A stretch of DNA of 64,000 nt from an uncultured Bacteroidales bacterium (GCA_903845055.1 CAIMWF010000044.1:27419-91418), one strand, 5' to 3'; counted from the first letter of the stretch, positions 9,339 through 21,262 are shown. The notes: generated by a model not told the origin, from the sequence alone. A program made the numbers and translations.

Positions 9339-9806
9339 ATGAGAAAGTCAAAACCGAAAAAAAGACCCATTCTTCCTGATCCGAGATTCAATGACGTCCT
9401 TGTCACGAAATTCGTGAACAATGTCATGCTTGCTGGTAAGAAGAACATTGCCTATGAAGTCTTTTATGAAGCCATCGACACTGTCACTGAAAAGACAAAG
9501 GAAGATGGTCTTGAAGTTTTCAAAAAGGCACTGGCAAATGTTACTCCTTCGGTGGAGGTCAGGAGCAGGCGTATTGGTGGTGCTACCTTCCAGATACCTT
9601 CTGAAATCCGTCCCGGGCGTAAAAGTTCGATTGGCATGAAATCGCTGGTCAACTACGCACGCAAACGTCATGAGAAGAGCTTCGGCCAGAAACTTGCTGC
9701 CGAAATCATGGCCGCGTTCAAGGAAGAAGGCGCCGCATACAAACGTAAAGAGGATACGCACAGGATGGCTGAAGCCAACAAGGCTTTCTCCCACTTCCGC
9801 TTCTAA
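9339..9806 (+). CDS. rpsG: 30S ribosomal protein S7
   Basis: [27 protein letters not shown]... starts at the internal ATG 9339 of ORF 9306-9806. Confidence 0.97.
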   Translation: MRKSKPKKRPILPDPRFNDVLVTKFVNNVMLAGKKNIAYEVFYEAIDTVTEKTKEDGLEVFKKALANVTPSVEVRSRRIGGATFQIPSEIRPGRKSSIGMKSLVNYARKRHEKSFGQKLAAEIMAAFKEEGAAYKRKEDTHRMAEANKAFSHFRF

Positions 9807-9817
9807 ATATATGTAAA

Positions 9818-9854
9818 GCCGCACCGCTGTGCGGCCCTGCGCCGAAGGGCGCAG
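9818..9854. repeat. Twin GC hairpins (GCCGCAC-cgct-GTGCGGC and CTGCGCC-gaag-GGCGCAG) in the rpsG-fusA spacer
   Basis: Both 7-bp stems are perfectly complementary on direct reading. Confidence 0.85.
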
Positions 9855-9870
9855 CAAGAAAAAAACAAGA

Positions 9871-11976
9871 ATGACCGGTAAATTAGAAAATACAAGAAAC
9901 ATTGGCATCATGGCGCACATCGACGCGGGTAAAACCACGACGACTGAGCGGATCTTGTATTATACCGGCAGCAACTATAAACTGGGCGAAGTACATGACG
10001 GTACCGCCACCATGGACTGGATGATCCAGGAGCAGGAGCGGGGCATCACCATTACCTCCGCCGCAACAACGGTTTACTGGGATTGCAACAACGAAAATTT
10101 CAGGATCAACATTATTGACACACCAGGGCACGTTGATTTTACCGTTGAAGTGGAACGTTCACTTCGCGTTCTCGACGGAGCTGTTGCCATATTCTGTGCC
10201 GTGGGCGGTGTTGAACCCCAGTCGGAGACCGTGTGGAGACAGGCGAACAAGTATAACGTTCCCAGGATTTCCTATATCAACAAAATGGATCGCACCGGCG
10301 CCGACTTCGGTCATGTCGTTGAGCAGATCCGTGAAAAACTTGGTGCGACCCCGGTTCCCATCCATCTGCCCATTGGCGCTGAAGAGGAATTTACGGGGAT
10401 AATCGACCTGGTGGCCAACAAAGCATACAGCTGGGATGAATCAACGCTCGGACGCGAATTCAGTGAAATCCCCATTCCGGAGGATATGATTGCCATGGCG
10501 CATGAATACAGGATGAGGCTTATCGAAGGCGCAGCCGAAGAGAGCGATGTTTTGCTTCACAAGTTCATGGATGATCCTGATTCCATTACCCCCGACGAGA
10601 TCATTGCAGAACTGCGCAAGGCGACCATCCTTGGAAAGATCACACCGGTACTTTGCGGCGCTTCGTTTAAGAACAAGGGCGTTCAACTGCTCATCGATGC
10701 AGTCGTGAATTTCCTGCCTTCACCATACGACATGCCTGCCATCCTGGGCACCAATCCATTTACAGGGCAGGATGAAGAACGTCATCCCGACCCGAACGAA
10801 CCTTTTACCGCCCTCGCGTTTAAAATTGCTACTGATCCGTTTGTCGGCCGGATCGCTTTTTTCCGCGTTTATTCCGGGCAGCTTGAAGCCGGCGAACAGG
10901 TCCTCAATACCCGGACAGAGAAAAAAGAGCGGCTGCTCCGCATCATGCTGATGCATGCCAACAAGCAGAATCCACTGAAACATATCGAGGCAGGCGAAAT
11001 TGCCGCTGCCGTCGGTTTCAAGGATATCCGCACGGGCGATACCCTTTGCGATCTCAAACATCCGCTGGTATTGATGCCAATGGCTTTCCCCGAACCGGTG
11101 ATCAACATGGCCGTTGAGCCCAGGACCCAGGATGACGTCGAAAAATTATCCATAGCCTTACATAAGCTTACCGAAGAGGATCCCACTTTCCAGGTGAGGA
11201 TTGACAATGAAACCGGGCAAACCCTGATCAGCGGGATGGGTGAACTTCACCTTGACATCATCGCCGACCGTTTGCGCCGTGAATTCAATATCGATGTGAC
11301 ACGCGGAAATCCCCAGGTTGCATATAAGGAGGCTATTGTCAATACCGTTCTTCATCATGAGGTTTATAAAAAACAGACCGGCGGAAAAGGCCGTTTTGCC
11401 GACCTTGTCATCGAAGTGGGTCCTGCCGACAATGGCATCAAAGGTTTGCAGTTCATCAATGAAATCAAGGGCGGAAACATCCCGAAGGAATTCATTCCTT
11501 CCATTGAAAAGGGACTCCGTGCTGCGATGACCAACGGGCCGATCGTCGGATTCCCGATGGAAAGCGTGAAGGTGCGCCTGATCGACGGGTCGTATCACAG
11601 TGTTGATTCCGATCAGCTCTCATTCCAGGTGGCCGCCGGCATCGCTTTCAAAGAGTCGAGCAAAAAGGCCAAAGTGGTGATCATGGAGCCGATCATGAAA
11701 TTTGAAATCATCACGCCCAGTGAATATATGGGCGAGGTAACCGGTGACATTACAAAACGCCGCGGCCAGGTTGAAGAGGTGGAATCACGCATAGGAAACC
11801 AGGTGATCCGTGGCCGGGTGCCCCTTGCAGAAATGTTCGGATATGTTACCACCCTGCGCAGTCTTTCTTCCGGCAGAGCTACAGAAATGCTGGAATTTCT
11901 TAAATATGATATTACTCCAAAGGAGATTCAGGACGAAGTATTATATAAAATCCGGGGATATGTTCCCGCCTATTAA
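9871..11976 (+). CDS. fusA: Elongation factor G
   Basis: [34 protein letters not shown]-domain motifs [13 protein letters not shown] and NKMD. Start at the internal ATG 9871. Confidence 0.97.
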   Translation: MTGKLENTRNIGIMAHIDAGKTTTTERILYYTGSNYKLGEVHDGTATMDWMIQEQERGITITSAATTVYWDCNNENFRINIIDTPGHVDFTVEVERSLRVLDGAVAIFCAVGGVEPQSETVWRQANKYNVPRISYINKMDRTGADFGHVVEQIREKLGATPVPIHLPIGAEEEFTGIIDLVANKAYSWDESTLGREFSEIPIPEDMIAMAHEYRMRLIEGAAEESDVLLHKFMDDPDSITPDEIIAELRKATILGKITPVLCGASFKNKGVQLLIDAVVNFLPSPYDMPAILGTNPFTGQDEERHPDPNEPFTALAFKIATDPFVGRIAFFRVYSGQLEAGEQVLNTRTEKKERLLRIMLMHANKQNPLKHIEAGEIAAAVGFKDIRTGDTLCDLKHPLVLMPMAFPEPVINMAVEPRTQDDVEKLSIALHKLTEEDPTFQVRIDNETGQTLISGMGELHLDIIADRLRREFNIDVTRGNPQVAYKEAIVNTVLHHEVYKKQTGGKGRFADLVIEVGPADNGIKGLQFINEIKGGNIPKEFIPSIEKGLRAAMTNGPIVGFPMESVKVRLIDGSYHSVDSDQLSFQVAAGIAFKESSKKAKVVIMEPIMKFEIITPSEYMGEVTGDITKRRGQVEEVESRIGNQVIRGRVPLAEMFGYVTTLRSLSSGRATEMLEFLKYDITPKEIQDEVLYKIRGYVPAY

Positions 11977-11984
11977 TTTTTTAT

Positions 11985-12290
11985 ATGAGCCAGAGAATTA
12001 GAATTAAACTGAAGTCTTACGATTATAACCTGGTTGATAAATCAGCCGAAAAGATCGTAAAAACCGTAAAGGCCACGGGTGCCGTCGTTAGCGGTCCGAT
12101 ACCCCTGCCCACGGATAAGAAGATCTTCACCGTGCTGCGTTCGACCTTCGTGAACAAGAAGTCGCGCGAGCAGTTTCAGCTCTGCACATACAAGCGGTTG
12201 CTCGACATTTACAGCACAACGTCGAAAACCATTGATGCGCTGATGAAACTTGAACTTCCGAGTGGTGTGGAAGTTGAGATCAAGGTTTGA
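11985..12290 (+). CDS. rpsJ: 30S ribosomal protein S10
   Basis: 101 aa, [25 protein letters not shown]. Directly follows fusA with no tuf, the Bacteroidota arrangement. Confidence 0.97.
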   Translation: MSQRIRIKLKSYDYNLVDKSAEKIVKTVKATGAVVSGPIPLPTDKKIFTVLRSTFVNKKSREQFQLCTYKRLLDIYSTTSKTIDALMKLELPSGVEVEIKV

Positions 12291-12334
12291 TAGGTATAAG
12301 GCAAGAAGATTTAAAAACACAAGAAACGTAAACA

Positions 12335-12964
12335 ATGTCTGGATTAATTGGTAAAAAAATCGGGATGACCAGTATCTACGATGCAAACGGGAGAAATATC
12401 CCCTGCACGGTGATCGAAGCTGGTCCATGTGTGGTAACACAGATCCGATCCAAAGAAAAAGAGGGATATGAGGCCATCCAGCTCGCTTTCGATGAAAAGA
12501 AAGAGAAGCATACCACCAAGGCTGAAATGGGACATTTCAAAAAGGCCGGGATAACCCCCAAGAAGGTCGTTGCCGAATTCACGCGCTTCGAGCCGGGCCA
12601 TATGAAACAGTTTGGTGATATCCTCCAGGTTGATATCTTTACCGAAGGCGAATATATCGATGTGGTTGGTGTTTCAAAGGGCAAAGGTTTCCAGGGTGTT
12701 GTCAAACGCCATCACTTTGCCGGTGTCGGCGAAGCGACCCATGGTCAGCACAACCGCCTCAGGGCTCCGGGTTCCGTAGGCGCCTCCTCATGGCCTTCAA
12801 GGGTTATGAAAGGTCTGCGTATGGCCGGACGTATGGGTGGCGACCGCGTTAAAGTGGTCAACCTCCAGGTGTTAAAGATTATCCTCGAGAAGAACCTGAT
12901 TTTAGTTAAAGGTGCAGTCCCGGGACACAATGGTTCATATGTAAAGATTGAGCGATGGAAGTAG
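12335..12964 (+). CDS. rplC: 50S ribosomal protein L3
   Basis: 209 aa, [16 protein letters not shown]...[13 protein letters not shown]. Confidence 0.97.
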   Translation: MSGLIGKKIGMTSIYDANGRNIPCTVIEAGPCVVTQIRSKEKEGYEAIQLAFDEKKEKHTTKAEMGHFKKAGITPKKVVAEFTRFEPGHMKQFGDILQVDIFTEGEYIDVVGVSKGKGFQGVVKRHHFAGVGEATHGQHNRLRAPGSVGASSWPSRVMKGLRMAGRMGGDRVKVVNLQVLKIILEKNLILVKGAVPGHNGSYVKIERWK

Positions 12965-13584
12965 CAGTATATAACATAAAAGGAACAGCGACCGCCAGTA
13001 AGGTTGCGCTGGACGATTCGATCTTCGGGATCGAACCCAACGACCATGCTATCTATTTGGATGTGAAGCAATATATGGCAAATCAGCGCCAGGGTACGCA
13101 TGATACACTGGAGAAATCCACCATTTCAGGCAGTACGCGCAAACTCCACAAACAGAAAGGTACCGGTGGTTCACGTAAAGGCAGTATCAAGAGCCCGCTG
13201 TTTCGCGGCGGCGCCCGGGTATTCGGACCTCATCCCCGTGACTATAGTTTTAAACTGAACAAGAAACTGAAACGTCTTGCACGCAGGTCTGCATTAAGTT
13301 ACAAGGTGAAGGACAACATGCTTACAGTACTGGAAGACTTTACCTTCGATACCCCGAAGACCAAGCAATTCACCGAACTTCTGAAGAATTTCCAGCTTAC
13401 GGGAAAAAAGACACTGCTGGTCGTTGCCAGGAAAGAAGAGAATGTTGTTTTGTCTTCCCGTAACCTCAAAAGGGTTAAGGTAGTGAACGCAGCCGATCTG
13501 AATACCTATGAGATACTGGACGCTACCCAGCTCCTGATCACTGAAGGTTCGATCAAAGAAATTGAAAAAATCCATCAGAATTAA
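12955..13584 (+). CDS. rplD: 50S ribosomal protein L4
   Basis: 209 aa. QRQGTH...[27 protein letters not shown]. Overlaps the rplC end by 10 nt. Confidence 0.96.
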   Translation: MEVAVYNIKGTATASKVALDDSIFGIEPNDHAIYLDVKQYMANQRQGTHDTLEKSTISGSTRKLHKQKGTGGSRKGSIKSPLFRGGARVFGPHPRDYSFKLNKKLKRLARRSALSYKVKDNMLTVLEDFTFDTPKTKQFTELLKNFQLTGKKTLLVVARKEENVVLSSRNLKRVKVVNAADLNTYEILDATQLLITEGSIKEIEKIHQN

Positions 13585-13605
13585 ACCGATTAATTCGATA
13601 CGACA

Positions 13606-13896
13606 ATGACAATTATTATAAAACCGATCATAACCGAGAAAATGACGCATTTGGGCGAGAAGCTCAACCGTTATGGGTTCATGGTTGACCGGAGGGCAAA
13701 CAAGCTTCAGATCATGCAGGCCATCAAAGACCTGTACGGAGTGGACGTAGCCGCGGTCAATACCATGGTTTTCTCCGGAAAGAACAAGTCCCGTTTTACC
13801 AAAACTGGTGTTATTTCGGGTAGGACAAATACATATAAGAAGGCCATCGTGACATTGGCCAAAGGTGAAACTATTGATTTTTACAGCAATATTTAA
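13606..13896 (+). CDS. rplW: 50S ribosomal protein L23
   Basis: 96 aa, IIKPIITEKMTHLGE...KKAIVTL. Position in the S10 operon. Confidence 0.96.
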   Translation: MTIIIKPIITEKMTHLGEKLNRYGFMVDRRANKLQIMQAIKDLYGVDVAAVNTMVFSGKNKSRFTKTGVISGRTNTYKKAIVTLAKGETIDFYSNI

Positions 13897-13900
13897 ATAA

Positions 13901-14725
13901 ATGGCGCTTAAGAAATACAAACCGACAACACCCGGTCAGCGGTTTAAAGTAATCAGTACGTATGATGAAATTACTGCCGACGTTCCCGAAAAGAGCCTGT
14001 TGGCTCCGTCGAAAAGGTCCGGTGGAAGAAACAACGAAGGGAAAATGACCATGAGATATCTTGGTGGTGGTCATAAACAGATGTACAGGATCATTGACTT
14101 CAAGCGGGACAAAGATAACATCCCCGCCGTTGTGAAGACCATCGAATATGATCCGAACAGGACCTCCCGCATTGCACTTGTTGTTTACAACGATGGCGAA
14201 AAAAGATATATTGTAGCCCCTCATGGATTGAAAGTCGGCCAAACGATCCTTTCAGGTAAAGGAGTTGCCCCGGAAATCGGGAATACCTTGTTCCTGAGTG
14301 AAATTCCGTTTGGTACCGTGATTCACAATGTTGAACTGAGGCCCGGCCAGGGTGCAAAAATGGTTCGCAGCGCTGGTGCTCATGCGCAGCTGATGTCGCG
14401 CGACGGAAAATTTGCAATCCTCAAAATGCCCTCGGGTGAAACACGCATGATCCTTCAAACCTGCAAGGCTACAGTTGGCATGGTTTCGAATATCGACCAC
14501 AACCTCGAGTCATACGGCAAGGCCGGCAGGACACGCTGGCTTGGACGCCGCCCAAGGAACCGCGGTGTTGCCATGAACCCCGTTGACCACCCCATGGGTG
14601 GAGGTGAAGGCCGTGCATCAGGAGGACATCCCCGCTCACGCAAGGGTACTCCGGCGAAGGGATACAAGACCCGTGCACGCAAGAACCAGTCGAATAAATA
14701 TATCATTGAACGCAGGAAGAAGTAA
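13901..14725 (+). CDS. rplB: 50S ribosomal protein L2
   Basis: 274 aa, [15 protein letters not shown]...[16 protein letters not shown]. Confidence 0.98.
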   Translation: MALKKYKPTTPGQRFKVISTYDEITADVPEKSLLAPSKRSGGRNNEGKMTMRYLGGGHKQMYRIIDFKRDKDNIPAVVKTIEYDPNRTSRIALVVYNDGEKRYIVAPHGLKVGQTILSGKGVAPEIGNTLFLSEIPFGTVIHNVELRPGQGAKMVRSAGAHAQLMSRDGKFAILKMPSGETRMILQTCKATVGMVSNIDHNLESYGKAGRTRWLGRRPRNRGVAMNPVDHPMGGGEGRASGGHPRSRKGTPAKGYKTRARKNQSNKYIIERRKK

Positions 14726-14743
14726 CCGTTAATAAATCAAACT

Positions 14744-15022
14744 ATGAGCCGATCGCTTAAAAAAGGTCCTTTCATCCACTACAAGCTGGAAAAAAGAGTC
14801 ACGGAACTTCTGGAGTCCAAGAAAAAAACCGTCATCAAGACATGGTCACGGGGATCGATGATCTCTCCTGATTTTGTAGGCCAGACCATCGCCGTTCATA
14901 ATGGCAACAAATTCATCCCTGTATATGTCACAGAGAACATGGTAGGTCATAAACTGGGTGAATTTGCCCCGACCCGGATCTTCCGCGGTCATGCAGGTAA
15001 CAAAGATAAAGGTAAGAAATAA
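14744..15022 (+). CDS. rpsS: 30S ribosomal protein S19
   Basis: 92 aa, [11 protein letters not shown]...[16 protein letters not shown]. Confidence 0.98.
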   Translation: MSRSLKKGPFIHYKLEKRVTELLESKKKTVIKTWSRGSMISPDFVGQTIAVHNGNKFIPVYVTENMVGHKLGEFAPTRIFRGHAGNKDKGKK

Positions 15023-15041
15023 CGTCATAACAAGATAGATT

Positions 15042-15488
15042 ATGGGAGTTAGAACCCGGACAAGAGCCGAAAATCGTAAAGAGGCAAAAAAGAGTGTGGC
15101 ATTCGCCAAGTTGAACAATTGCCCAACCTCACCGCGCAAAATGCGTCTTATTGCCGACCTGATCAGAGGGGTGCGCGTAGAAAAGGCTTTGCACATTCTG
15201 AAAACCAATGCAAAACAACCGTCGGAGCGCCTGCGCAAGCTGTTACTTTCGGCCATTGCAAACTGGCAGGCAAAGAATGAAGGATTGCGTATCGAAGACA
15301 GCGACCTTTTTGTAAAAGAGGTGTTTGTTGACGGTGGCCGCCAGCTGAAAAGGTTGCAGACCGCACCCCAGGGACGCGCCCACAGGATCCGTAAACGTTC
15401 AAACCATGTGACCATCCTTCTCGATGCCCGTAACAAACCGGAGCCTGAAGTTGAGGAAACAGAAGAAGTTGAAGAAAGCAATAATTAA
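15042..15488 (+). CDS. rplV: 50S ribosomal protein L22 (acidic C-terminal tail)
   Basis: 148 aa. SPRKMRLIADLIRG...RAHRIRKRSNHVTI. Tail PEPEVEETEEVEESNN. Confidence 0.96.
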   Translation: MGVRTRTRAENRKEAKKSVAFAKLNNCPTSPRKMRLIADLIRGVRVEKALHILKTNAKQPSERLRKLLLSAIANWQAKNEGLRIEDSDLFVKEVFVDGGRQLKRLQTAPQGRAHRIRKRSNHVTILLDARNKPEPEVEETEEVEESNN

Positions 15489-15525
15489 CAGTAGTTTATT
15501 AAGCAATTATTAAAATAAAGTTTTA

Positions 15526-16350
15526 ATGGGACAAAAGACCAATCCGATTGCTAACAGGTTAGGCATTATCCGCGGCTGGGATTCAAACTGGTTCGGCGGG
15601 AAGAATTTTGAGTCCAAACTGGTCGAGGATGACAAGATTCGTAAGTATCTGAATGCCCGTCTCGCCAAGGCTGGTATTGCCAAAATCGTTATTGAGCGTA
15701 CCTTGAAGCTGGTAACTGTTACCATTCACACCGCTCGTCCGGGGATTATCATTGGAAAAGGCGGCCAGGAAGTTGACAAACTCAAGGAAGAATTGAAGAA
15801 GATCACCAAAAAGGAGATCCAGATCAATATTTCCGAGATCAAGCGCCCTGAAATTGATGCAGTGATTGTCGGCAATACCGTTGCCAGCCAGATCGAAGGT
15901 CGTATTTCATACCGTCGTGCCATCAAGACCTCCATCGCATCGGCCATGAGAATCGGTGCCGAGGGGATCAAGATCATGATTTCGGGCCGCGTCGGTGGTG
16001 CTGAAATGGCCCGGAGGGAGCAATACAAGGAAGGTCGTATCCCTTTACATACATTCCGTGCTGATATTGACTATGCCACGGCAGAAGCCCATACCACCTA
16101 CGGTATCATCGGCATCAAGGTCTGGATTTGCAAAGGCGACGTTTATGGCCGCCCCGACCTGGTCCCTGAAGCCACCACGACGAAACTGAAACCATCACAA
16201 CATCGTGGCGGTGATCGCCCCGGCGATCGTGATAGGGGCCGTGGCGATCGTGACCGTGGCGGAGATCGCGGCGGCGACCGTGGCGGAGATCGCGGCAACC
16301 GCGGACCCGGTTCAAGGGATGGTGCGAAACCCCGCGGACCCCGCAAATAA
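15526..16350 (+). CDS. rpsC: 30S ribosomal protein S3 with a GDR/RGG-repeat C-terminal extension
   Basis: 274 aa, [25 protein letters not shown] domain. Tail [46 protein letters not shown]. Confidence 0.97.
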   Translation: MGQKTNPIANRLGIIRGWDSNWFGGKNFESKLVEDDKIRKYLNARLAKAGIAKIVIERTLKLVTVTIHTARPGIIIGKGGQEVDKLKEELKKITKKEIQINISEIKRPEIDAVIVGNTVASQIEGRISYRRAIKTSIASAMRIGAEGIKIMISGRVGGAEMARREQYKEGRIPLHTFRADIDYATAEAHTTYGIIGIKVWICKGDVYGRPDLVPEATTTKLKPSQHRGGDRPGDRDRGRGDRDRGGDRGGDRGGDRGNRGPGSRDGAKPRGPRK

Positions 16351-16360
16351 TAATTTGTAA

Positions 16361-16379
16361 AGACGCATTACATGCGTCT
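16361..16379. repeat. Hairpin AGACGCAT-tac-ATGCGTCT (rpsC-rplP spacer)
   Basis: Perfect 8-bp stem read directly. Confidence 0.85.
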
Positions 16380-16421
16380 CATCAGGAAAAAAAGCTTTGT
16401 AACCCATAATATCTCAGAATA

Positions 16422-16850
16422 ATGTTACAACCAAAGAAAACAAAATACAGGAAACAGCAGAAAGGAAAGATGAAGGGCAACGCCCAGCGCGGACACCAGC
16501 TTGCCTTTGGCTCATTCGGTATTAAGACCCTGGAAGAAGCATGGATCACCGGTCGCCAGATTGAAGCGGCCCGTCAGGCGATCACCCGTCATATGAAACG
16601 TGAAGGCCAGTTGTGGATCCGTATTTTCCCGGACAAACCTGTAACCAAGAAACCTGCCGAAGTCCGTATGGGTAAAGGTAAAGGCGCTCCCGAATATTTT
16701 GTGGCCCGTATCAACCCCGGAAGAATTCTTTTTGAAATCGAAGGAGTTGACCTGGTTACCGCAAAGGAAGCCCTCCGCCTCGGAGCCCAGAAACTTCCGG
16801 TTCAGACCAGGACTGTGACACGTAAAGATTACGTTGAAGAAGCAATATAG
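16422..16850 (+). CDS. rplP: 50S ribosomal protein L16
   Basis: 142 aa, [19 protein letters not shown]...[10 protein letters not shown]. Confidence 0.98.
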   Translation: MLQPKKTKYRKQQKGKMKGNAQRGHQLAFGSFGIKTLEEAWITGRQIEAARQAITRHMKREGQLWIRIFPDKPVTKKPAEVRMGKGKGAPEYFVARINPGRILFEIEGVDLVTAKEALRLGAQKLPVQTRTVTRKDYVEEAI

Positions 16851-16896
16851 GTGATAAAAGGCGGCCGGTAATCCGGCTGCAACAAAGAAAACAAAA

Positions 16897-17118
16897 ATGG
16901 AACAGAAAGTCATCATTGAACTGACAACGGCCGAAATCCTGGAAAGGATGGATGAAGAAAAGCGCCAGCTTACCAAGCTTAAGCTTAATCATGCAGTTTC
17001 GCCTTTGGAAAATCCGAATAAGATCAAGGCCTATCGTAAAACGATCGCCCGTCTTGAGACCGAATTGCGCCGCAGGGCAATAAAAGGCGTTGAAGTCACC
17101 AAAGCGGAGAAAAAATAA
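16897..17118 (+). CDS. rpmC: 50S ribosomal protein L29
   Basis: 73 aa. Position between rplP and rpsQ. LKLNHAVSPLENPNKIKAYRKTIARL. Confidence 0.93.
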   Translation: MEQKVIIELTTAEILERMDEEKRQLTKLKLNHAVSPLENPNKIKAYRKTIARLETELRRRAIKGVEVTKAEKK

Positions 17119-17187
17119 ATATTGTAGAAGCGGGGTCAAACCTGCCTCAACAAACGGGTCACGACCCGTCTCAACAATAGAAATCAT

Positions 17188-17445
17188 ATGGAAACAAGAA
17201 ATCTGAGAAAGGAAAAAACCGGCATCGTTGTCAGCAATAAGATGGAGAAATCTGTTGTGGTTGCTGTCGAACGCAAGGTGAAGCATCCTAAGTACGGGAA
17301 ATTCGTAAAAAAATCCTCCCGTTTTATGGCCCACGATGACAAGAATGAATGCAGCGAGGGTGATAAAGTGCGGATTGCCGAAACCAGACCACTAAGTAAA
17401 AATAAGTGTTGGAGACTTGTCGAAATTATTGAAAAGGTTAAATAG
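17188..17445 (+). CDS. rpsQ: 30S ribosomal protein S17
   Basis: 85 aa. [33 protein letters not shown]. Confidence 0.97.
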   Translation: METRNLRKEKTGIVVSNKMEKSVVVAVERKVKHPKYGKFVKKSSRFMAHDDKNECSEGDKVRIAETRPLSKNKCWRLVEIIEKVK

Positions 17446-17447
17446 CC

Positions 17448-17816
17448 ATGATACAACAGGAGTCGAGATTAACAGTAGCAGACAACAGCGGAGCCAAGGA
17501 AGTACTTTGTATCAAGGTCCTCGGCGGAACGCGGAAACGGTATGCCCGTGTTGGCGACCGGATCATCGTCACAGTGAAAAACGCCATTCCTTCCGGGAAC
17601 ATCAAGAAGGGTACGGTTTCCAAGGCGGTTGTCGTGAGGACAAGCAAAGAGATGCGTCGTGCCGACGGTTCGTATATCCGGTTTGATGACAATGCAGTCG
17701 TATTGCTCAACAACGCCGGTGAAATGATCGGAACCCGCATCTTCGGGCCCGTAGCCAGGGAATTACGCGAAAAACAGTTCATGAAAATCGTTTCTTTAGC
17801 ACCTGAGGTGCTTTAA
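17448..17816 (+). CDS. rplN: 50S ribosomal protein L14
   Basis: 122 aa, [27 protein letters not shown]. Confidence 0.98.
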   Translation: MIQQESRLTVADNSGAKEVLCIKVLGGTRKRYARVGDRIIVTVKNAIPSGNIKKGTVSKAVVVRTSKEMRRADGSYIRFDDNAVVLLNNAGEMIGTRIFGPVARELREKQFMKIVSLAPEVL

Positions 17817-17834
17817 GCATATACAATCAAGATC

Positions 17835-18158
17835 ATGCAGAAGAAGTTACATATCCGAAAAGGCGACACCGTAATGGTCATTGCCGGTGATTCAAGAGGA
17901 CAGCAGGGAAAAGTGCTGCGCGTTGATACCGAAAAGTATAAAGCCATTGTGGAAGGGGTCAACCTGGTATCGAAACATACCAAACCCAATGCCAAGAGTC
18001 CACAGGGCGGGATCGTAAAAATGGAAGCCCCCGTGCATCTTTCAAACTTACAGGTGATAGATAATACGGGTAAACCGACCCGTATCGGCCGGAAATTAGA
18101 TCCTAAAACGGAAAAATTGGTTCGTTATTCAATTAATTCAGGGGAGGTTATAAAATAA
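17835..18158 (+). CDS. rplX: 50S ribosomal protein L24
   Basis: 107 aa, [24 protein letters not shown] (KOW motif). Confidence 0.96.
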   Translation: MQKKLHIRKGDTVMVIAGDSRGQQGKVLRVDTEKYKAIVEGVNLVSKHTKPNAKSPQGGIVKMEAPVHLSNLQVIDNTGKPTRIGRKLDPKTEKLVRYSINSGEVIK

Positions 18159-18709
18159 TGGATTATTCACCACGATTAAAAGACAAGTATCTGAATGAGG
18201 TTGTTCCTGCGCTGACGAAGCAGTTCAACTATAAAAGCCCCATGCAGGTTCCGCGGATTAACAAGATTTGTCTCAACCAGGGTTTGGGCATCGCCAACAC
18301 CGATAAGAAATTTATCGACAACGGCATCAACGAAATGACGATGATCACCGGTCAGAAAGCGGTATCCACCAAATCCAAGAAGGACATTTCAAACTTCAAG
18401 CTCAGGAAAGGAAATCCCATCGGCGTGCGTGTTACTTTACGCGGCGAAAGGATGTACGACTTCCTCGACAGGCTGATCTCCGTTGCGCTGCCGCGCGTAA
18501 GAGATTTCCGTGGCATCAGCGACAAGGGATTTGACGGCCGCGGCAATTACACCCTGGGTGTGACCGAGCAGATCATCTTCCCGGAAATTGACATCGACAA
18601 AGTTACCCGTATCAACGGGGTGGATATCACCTTTGTGACATCCGCACGCAATGACCGGGAGGCCCATGCGTTGTTAAAAGAATTTGGAATTCCTTTTAAA
18701 ACAAAGTAA
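18158..18709 (+). CDS. rplE: 50S ribosomal protein L5
   Basis: 183 aa. [15 protein letters not shown]...[20 protein letters not shown]. Confidence 0.97.
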   Translation: MDYSPRLKDKYLNEVVPALTKQFNYKSPMQVPRINKICLNQGLGIANTDKKFIDNGINEMTMITGQKAVSTKSKKDISNFKLRKGNPIGVRVTLRGERMYDFLDRLISVALPRVRDFRGISDKGFDGRGNYTLGVTEQIIFPEIDIDKVTRINGVDITFVTSARNDREAHALLKEFGIPFKTK

Positions 18710-18713
18710 AGAT

Positions 18714-18983
18714 ATGGCAAAAGAATCCATGAAAGCCAGAGAGCGCAAACGTGAACGCATGGTTGCACAGTTCGCCGAAAAGCGTAAAGCATTGAAGGAA
18801 GCCGGCGACTACATCGCTCTTCAGAAACTTCCGAAGAACGCCTCGCCGGTAAGGTTGCACAACCGCTGCCAGCTGACGGGCCGTCCCAAAGGATACATGC
18901 GCCTTTTCGGTGTTTCCCGTATCAACTTCAGGGAGATGGCCAACAAGGGTTTGATCCCAGGGATCAGAAAAGCAAGCTGGTAA
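18714..18983 (+). CDS. rpsN: 30S ribosomal protein S14
   Basis: [24 protein letters not shown]...[25 protein letters not shown]. Start at the internal ATG 18714 of ORF 18684-18983. Confidence 0.96.
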   Translation: MAKESMKARERKRERMVAQFAEKRKALKEAGDYIALQKLPKNASPVRLHNRCQLTGRPKGYMRLFGVSRINFREMANKGLIPGIRKASW

Positions 18984-18993
18984 ATTATATATA

Positions 18994-19065
18994 GAGCCGC
19001 ACTGCATTGCGGCTCAACCGAATCGCACTGCACAGTGCGGCTCAAATGAAACGCACGCGTTGCGT
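18994..19065. repeat. Cluster of three GC hairpins, including a tandem duplication (rpsN-rpsH spacer)
   Basis: GAGCCGCA-ctgcat-TGCGGCTC (18994-19015), CGCACTG/CAGTGCG (19024-19039, followed again by GCTCAA), and ACGCA-cgcgt-TGCGT (19051-19065). Confidence 0.8.
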
Positions 19066-19104
19066 ATCGACAAAAACAAAAATTAACAAATAAAAATAAG
19101 ATAA

Positions 19105-19503
19105 ATGGTTACGGATCCCATTGCAGATTATTTGACAAGAATCAGGAATGCCGTGTTGGCCAACCACCGGGTTGTTGAAATTCCAAAGTCGAAGATCAAG
19201 GAAGAAATTACCCGCATCCTCTTTGAGAAAGGATACATCCTCAATTTCAAGGTAGAAGATGAACCTCTGCCTGGAGTGATCAAGATTGCCCTGAAGTATC
19301 ACCCGGTTACCAAAGTATCCGCCATCAATTCACTGGTCAGGATCTCCAAACCCGGGTTAAGGAAATATGTTGACAATGATCATTTGCCCCGTGTACTGAA
19401 CGGCCTTGGTATTGCGATTCTTTCCACCTCTCACGGCATCATGACCGATAAGGAGGCCCGCACCCAGAAAGTTGGCGGTGAGGTATTATGTCACATCAGT
19501 TAA
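19105..19503 (+). CDS. rpsH: 30S ribosomal protein S8
   Basis: 132 aa, [16 protein letters not shown]. Confidence 0.98.
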   Translation: MVTDPIADYLTRIRNAVLANHRVVEIPKSKIKEEITRILFEKGYILNFKVEDEPLPGVIKIALKYHPVTKVSAINSLVRISKPGLRKYVDNDHLPRVLNGLGIAILSTSHGIMTDKEARTQKVGGEVLCHIS

Positions 19504-19519
19504 TTAGGAGAAAATAAAC

Positions 19520-20077
19520 ATGTCAAGAATAGGAAAACTACCGATTGCATTACCCGAAGGCGTGAAAATTTCTGTCTCCGAAACCAATCTGGTAACTGTA
19601 ACAGGAAAATTGGGAACTCTGGTACAACAGGTTGACCCGAAAATTACCCTGAAGATTGAAACAGGCCTGGTGACGATGGAACGTCATACAGAACAGCAGG
19701 ACGACCGCGCCAAACATGGCTTGTACCGTTCGCTTGTATTCAACATGATCAAGGGTGTTTCTGAAGGCTTCACCACCGTGCAGGAATTGGTGGGTGTGGG
19801 TTACAAAGCAACCGGCAACGGTCAGACGCTAGAACTGGCACTTGGGTATTCCCACAATATCCTGATGGAACTTCCCGAAGAGATCAAGGTTGAGACCACT
19901 GCAGTTAAAGGCAAGAATAATACGATCATCCTGAAGTCCGTCGACAAACAGCTTCTGGGCCAGGTCGCTGCAAAAATCCGCTCTTTCCGTCGTCCGGAAC
20001 CATATAAGGGCAAAGGCGTACGCTTCCTGGGCGAAGAGATCAAGAAGAAGGCCGGTAAATCTGCTGCCGGTCAATAA
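19520..20077 (+). CDS. rplF: 50S ribosomal protein L6
   Basis: 185 aa, MSRIGKLPIALPEGVKI...RRPEPYKGKGVRF. Confidence 0.97.
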   Translation: MSRIGKLPIALPEGVKISVSETNLVTVTGKLGTLVQQVDPKITLKIETGLVTMERHTEQQDDRAKHGLYRSLVFNMIKGVSEGFTTVQELVGVGYKATGNGQTLELALGYSHNILMELPEEIKVETTAVKGKNNTIILKSVDKQLLGQVAAKIRSFRRPEPYKGKGVRFLGEEIKKKAGKSAAGQ

Positions 20078-20084
20078 CAGATAG

Positions 20085-20104
20085 CGCCGCATCGCGATGC
20101 GGCG
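20085..20104. repeat. Perfect 20-nt palindrome CGCCGCATCG|CGATGCGGCG (rplF-rplR spacer)
   Basis: Read directly. The sequence equals its own reverse complement. Confidence 0.9.
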
Positions 20105-20144
20105 GTACAAACGGGATTATTATAATCGTTTTAAAAAGAATAAA

Positions 20145-20507
20145 ATGGCTATCAAGAGTGCAAAAGAATTTCGCAGGTTCAGGATCAAAAAAAGGATACG
20201 TAAAATCGTACAAGGGACTCCTGACAGGCCTCGCATGACCGTTTTCCGCAGTTGTAAATCAATTTACGTTCAGTTGATCGATGATCAGAGCGGAAAAACA
20301 CTGGTTGCGGCTTCATCTATGGAAAAAGGGATGAAAGACCAAAAAGGTACCAAGAGCGATATTGCCAAGCTGGTTGGAAAGCTTGCTGCTGAAAAGGCAA
20401 TCCAGGCTGGTATTGAAAAGGTTGTTTTTGATCGTAATGGTTATTTATATCATGGCAGGGTAAAAACTTTGGCAGATGCTGCCAGGGAAGGTGGCCTAAA
20501 ATTCTAA
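20145..20507 (+). CDS. rplR: 50S ribosomal protein L18
   Basis: [20 protein letters not shown]...[26 protein letters not shown]. Start at the internal ATG 20145 of ORF 20097-20507. Confidence 0.96.
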   Translation: MAIKSAKEFRRFRIKKRIRKIVQGTPDRPRMTVFRSCKSIYVQLIDDQSGKTLVAASSMEKGMKDQKGTKSDIAKLVGKLAAEKAIQAGIEKVVFDRNGYLYHGRVKTLADAAREGGLKF

Positions 20508-20514
20508 GGAAGAT

Positions 20515-21033
20515 ATGACAAACGTTAATGTAAAAAGAGTAAAGTCGAGCGAAATCGAATTTAAGGATCGCCTGGTAAGCATTCAGCGTGTTACCAAAGT
20601 TACCAAAGGTGGACGTACCTTCAGCTTCTCAGCCATTGTCGTGGTTGGAAATGAAAATGGCGTCGTTGGTTATGGCCTGGGTAAAGCAAAGGAAGTCACG
20701 GCTGCTATTGCCAAGGGGGTTGACGATGCCAAGAAGAACCTGATTAAGGTGCCTATCCTTAAAGGAACGATACCTCACGACCAGCTGGGTAAATACAGCG
20801 GAGCCCTTGTATACCTGAAACCGGCAGCCCCGGGAACGGGAGTTATTGCGGGTGGTGCCATGCGTGCCGTTCTCGAAAGCGTTGGGGTGAAGGATGTGCT
20901 CGCCAAGTCGAAAGGTTCGTCGAACCCGCACAGTGTGGTCAAAGCCACCATCAATGCCCTGATCAAGATGAGGGATCCCTATACGATCGCACAACTGAGG
21001 GGAATTGAACTGAGTCAAGTATTTAATGGCTAA
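20515..21033 (+). CDS. rpsE: 30S ribosomal protein S5
   Basis: 172 aa. [38 protein letters not shown]. Confidence 0.98.
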   Translation: MTNVNVKRVKSSEIEFKDRLVSIQRVTKVTKGGRTFSFSAIVVVGNENGVVGYGLGKAKEVTAAIAKGVDDAKKNLIKVPILKGTIPHDQLGKYSGALVYLKPAAPGTGVIAGGAMRAVLESVGVKDVLAKSKGSSNPHSVVKATINALIKMRDPYTIAQLRGIELSQVFNG

Positions 21034-21061
21034 TGCTAATCATTTAAGGCTGTTTTAAGCA

Positions 21062-21241
21062 ATGGAAAAAATTAAAATAACGCAGGTTCGCAGTGGCATC
21101 GGAAGACCGTTGCGTCAGAAACGTACGCTTCAGGCCCTGGGTCTGAAAAGGATCCGCCACACGGTGGAACATGAAGCCACACCCCAGATCCTGGGAATGG
21201 TGAACAAAGTTCTGCATCTGGTGACATTTGAAAAAGTATAA
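21062..21241 (+). CDS. rpmD: 50S ribosomal protein L30
   Basis: 59-aa ORF, below the ORF-track cutoff and translated by hand: MEKIKITQVRSGIGRPLRQKRTLQALGLKRIRHTVEHEATPQILGMVNKVLHLVTFEKV. Canonical slot between rpsE and rplO. Confidence 0.93.
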   Translation: MEKIKITQVRSGIGRPLRQKRTLQALGLKRIRHTVEHEATPQILGMVNKVLHLVTFEKV

Positions 21242-21262
21242 TCAAAGATAAACGATACTGAA

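Noticed and set aside
16115-16346. Minus-strand ORFs encoding [13 protein letters not shown]-type repeats
   Set aside because: They are the antisense reading of the GDR/RGG repeat DNA in the S3 tail. The repeat periodicity creates open frames on both strands.
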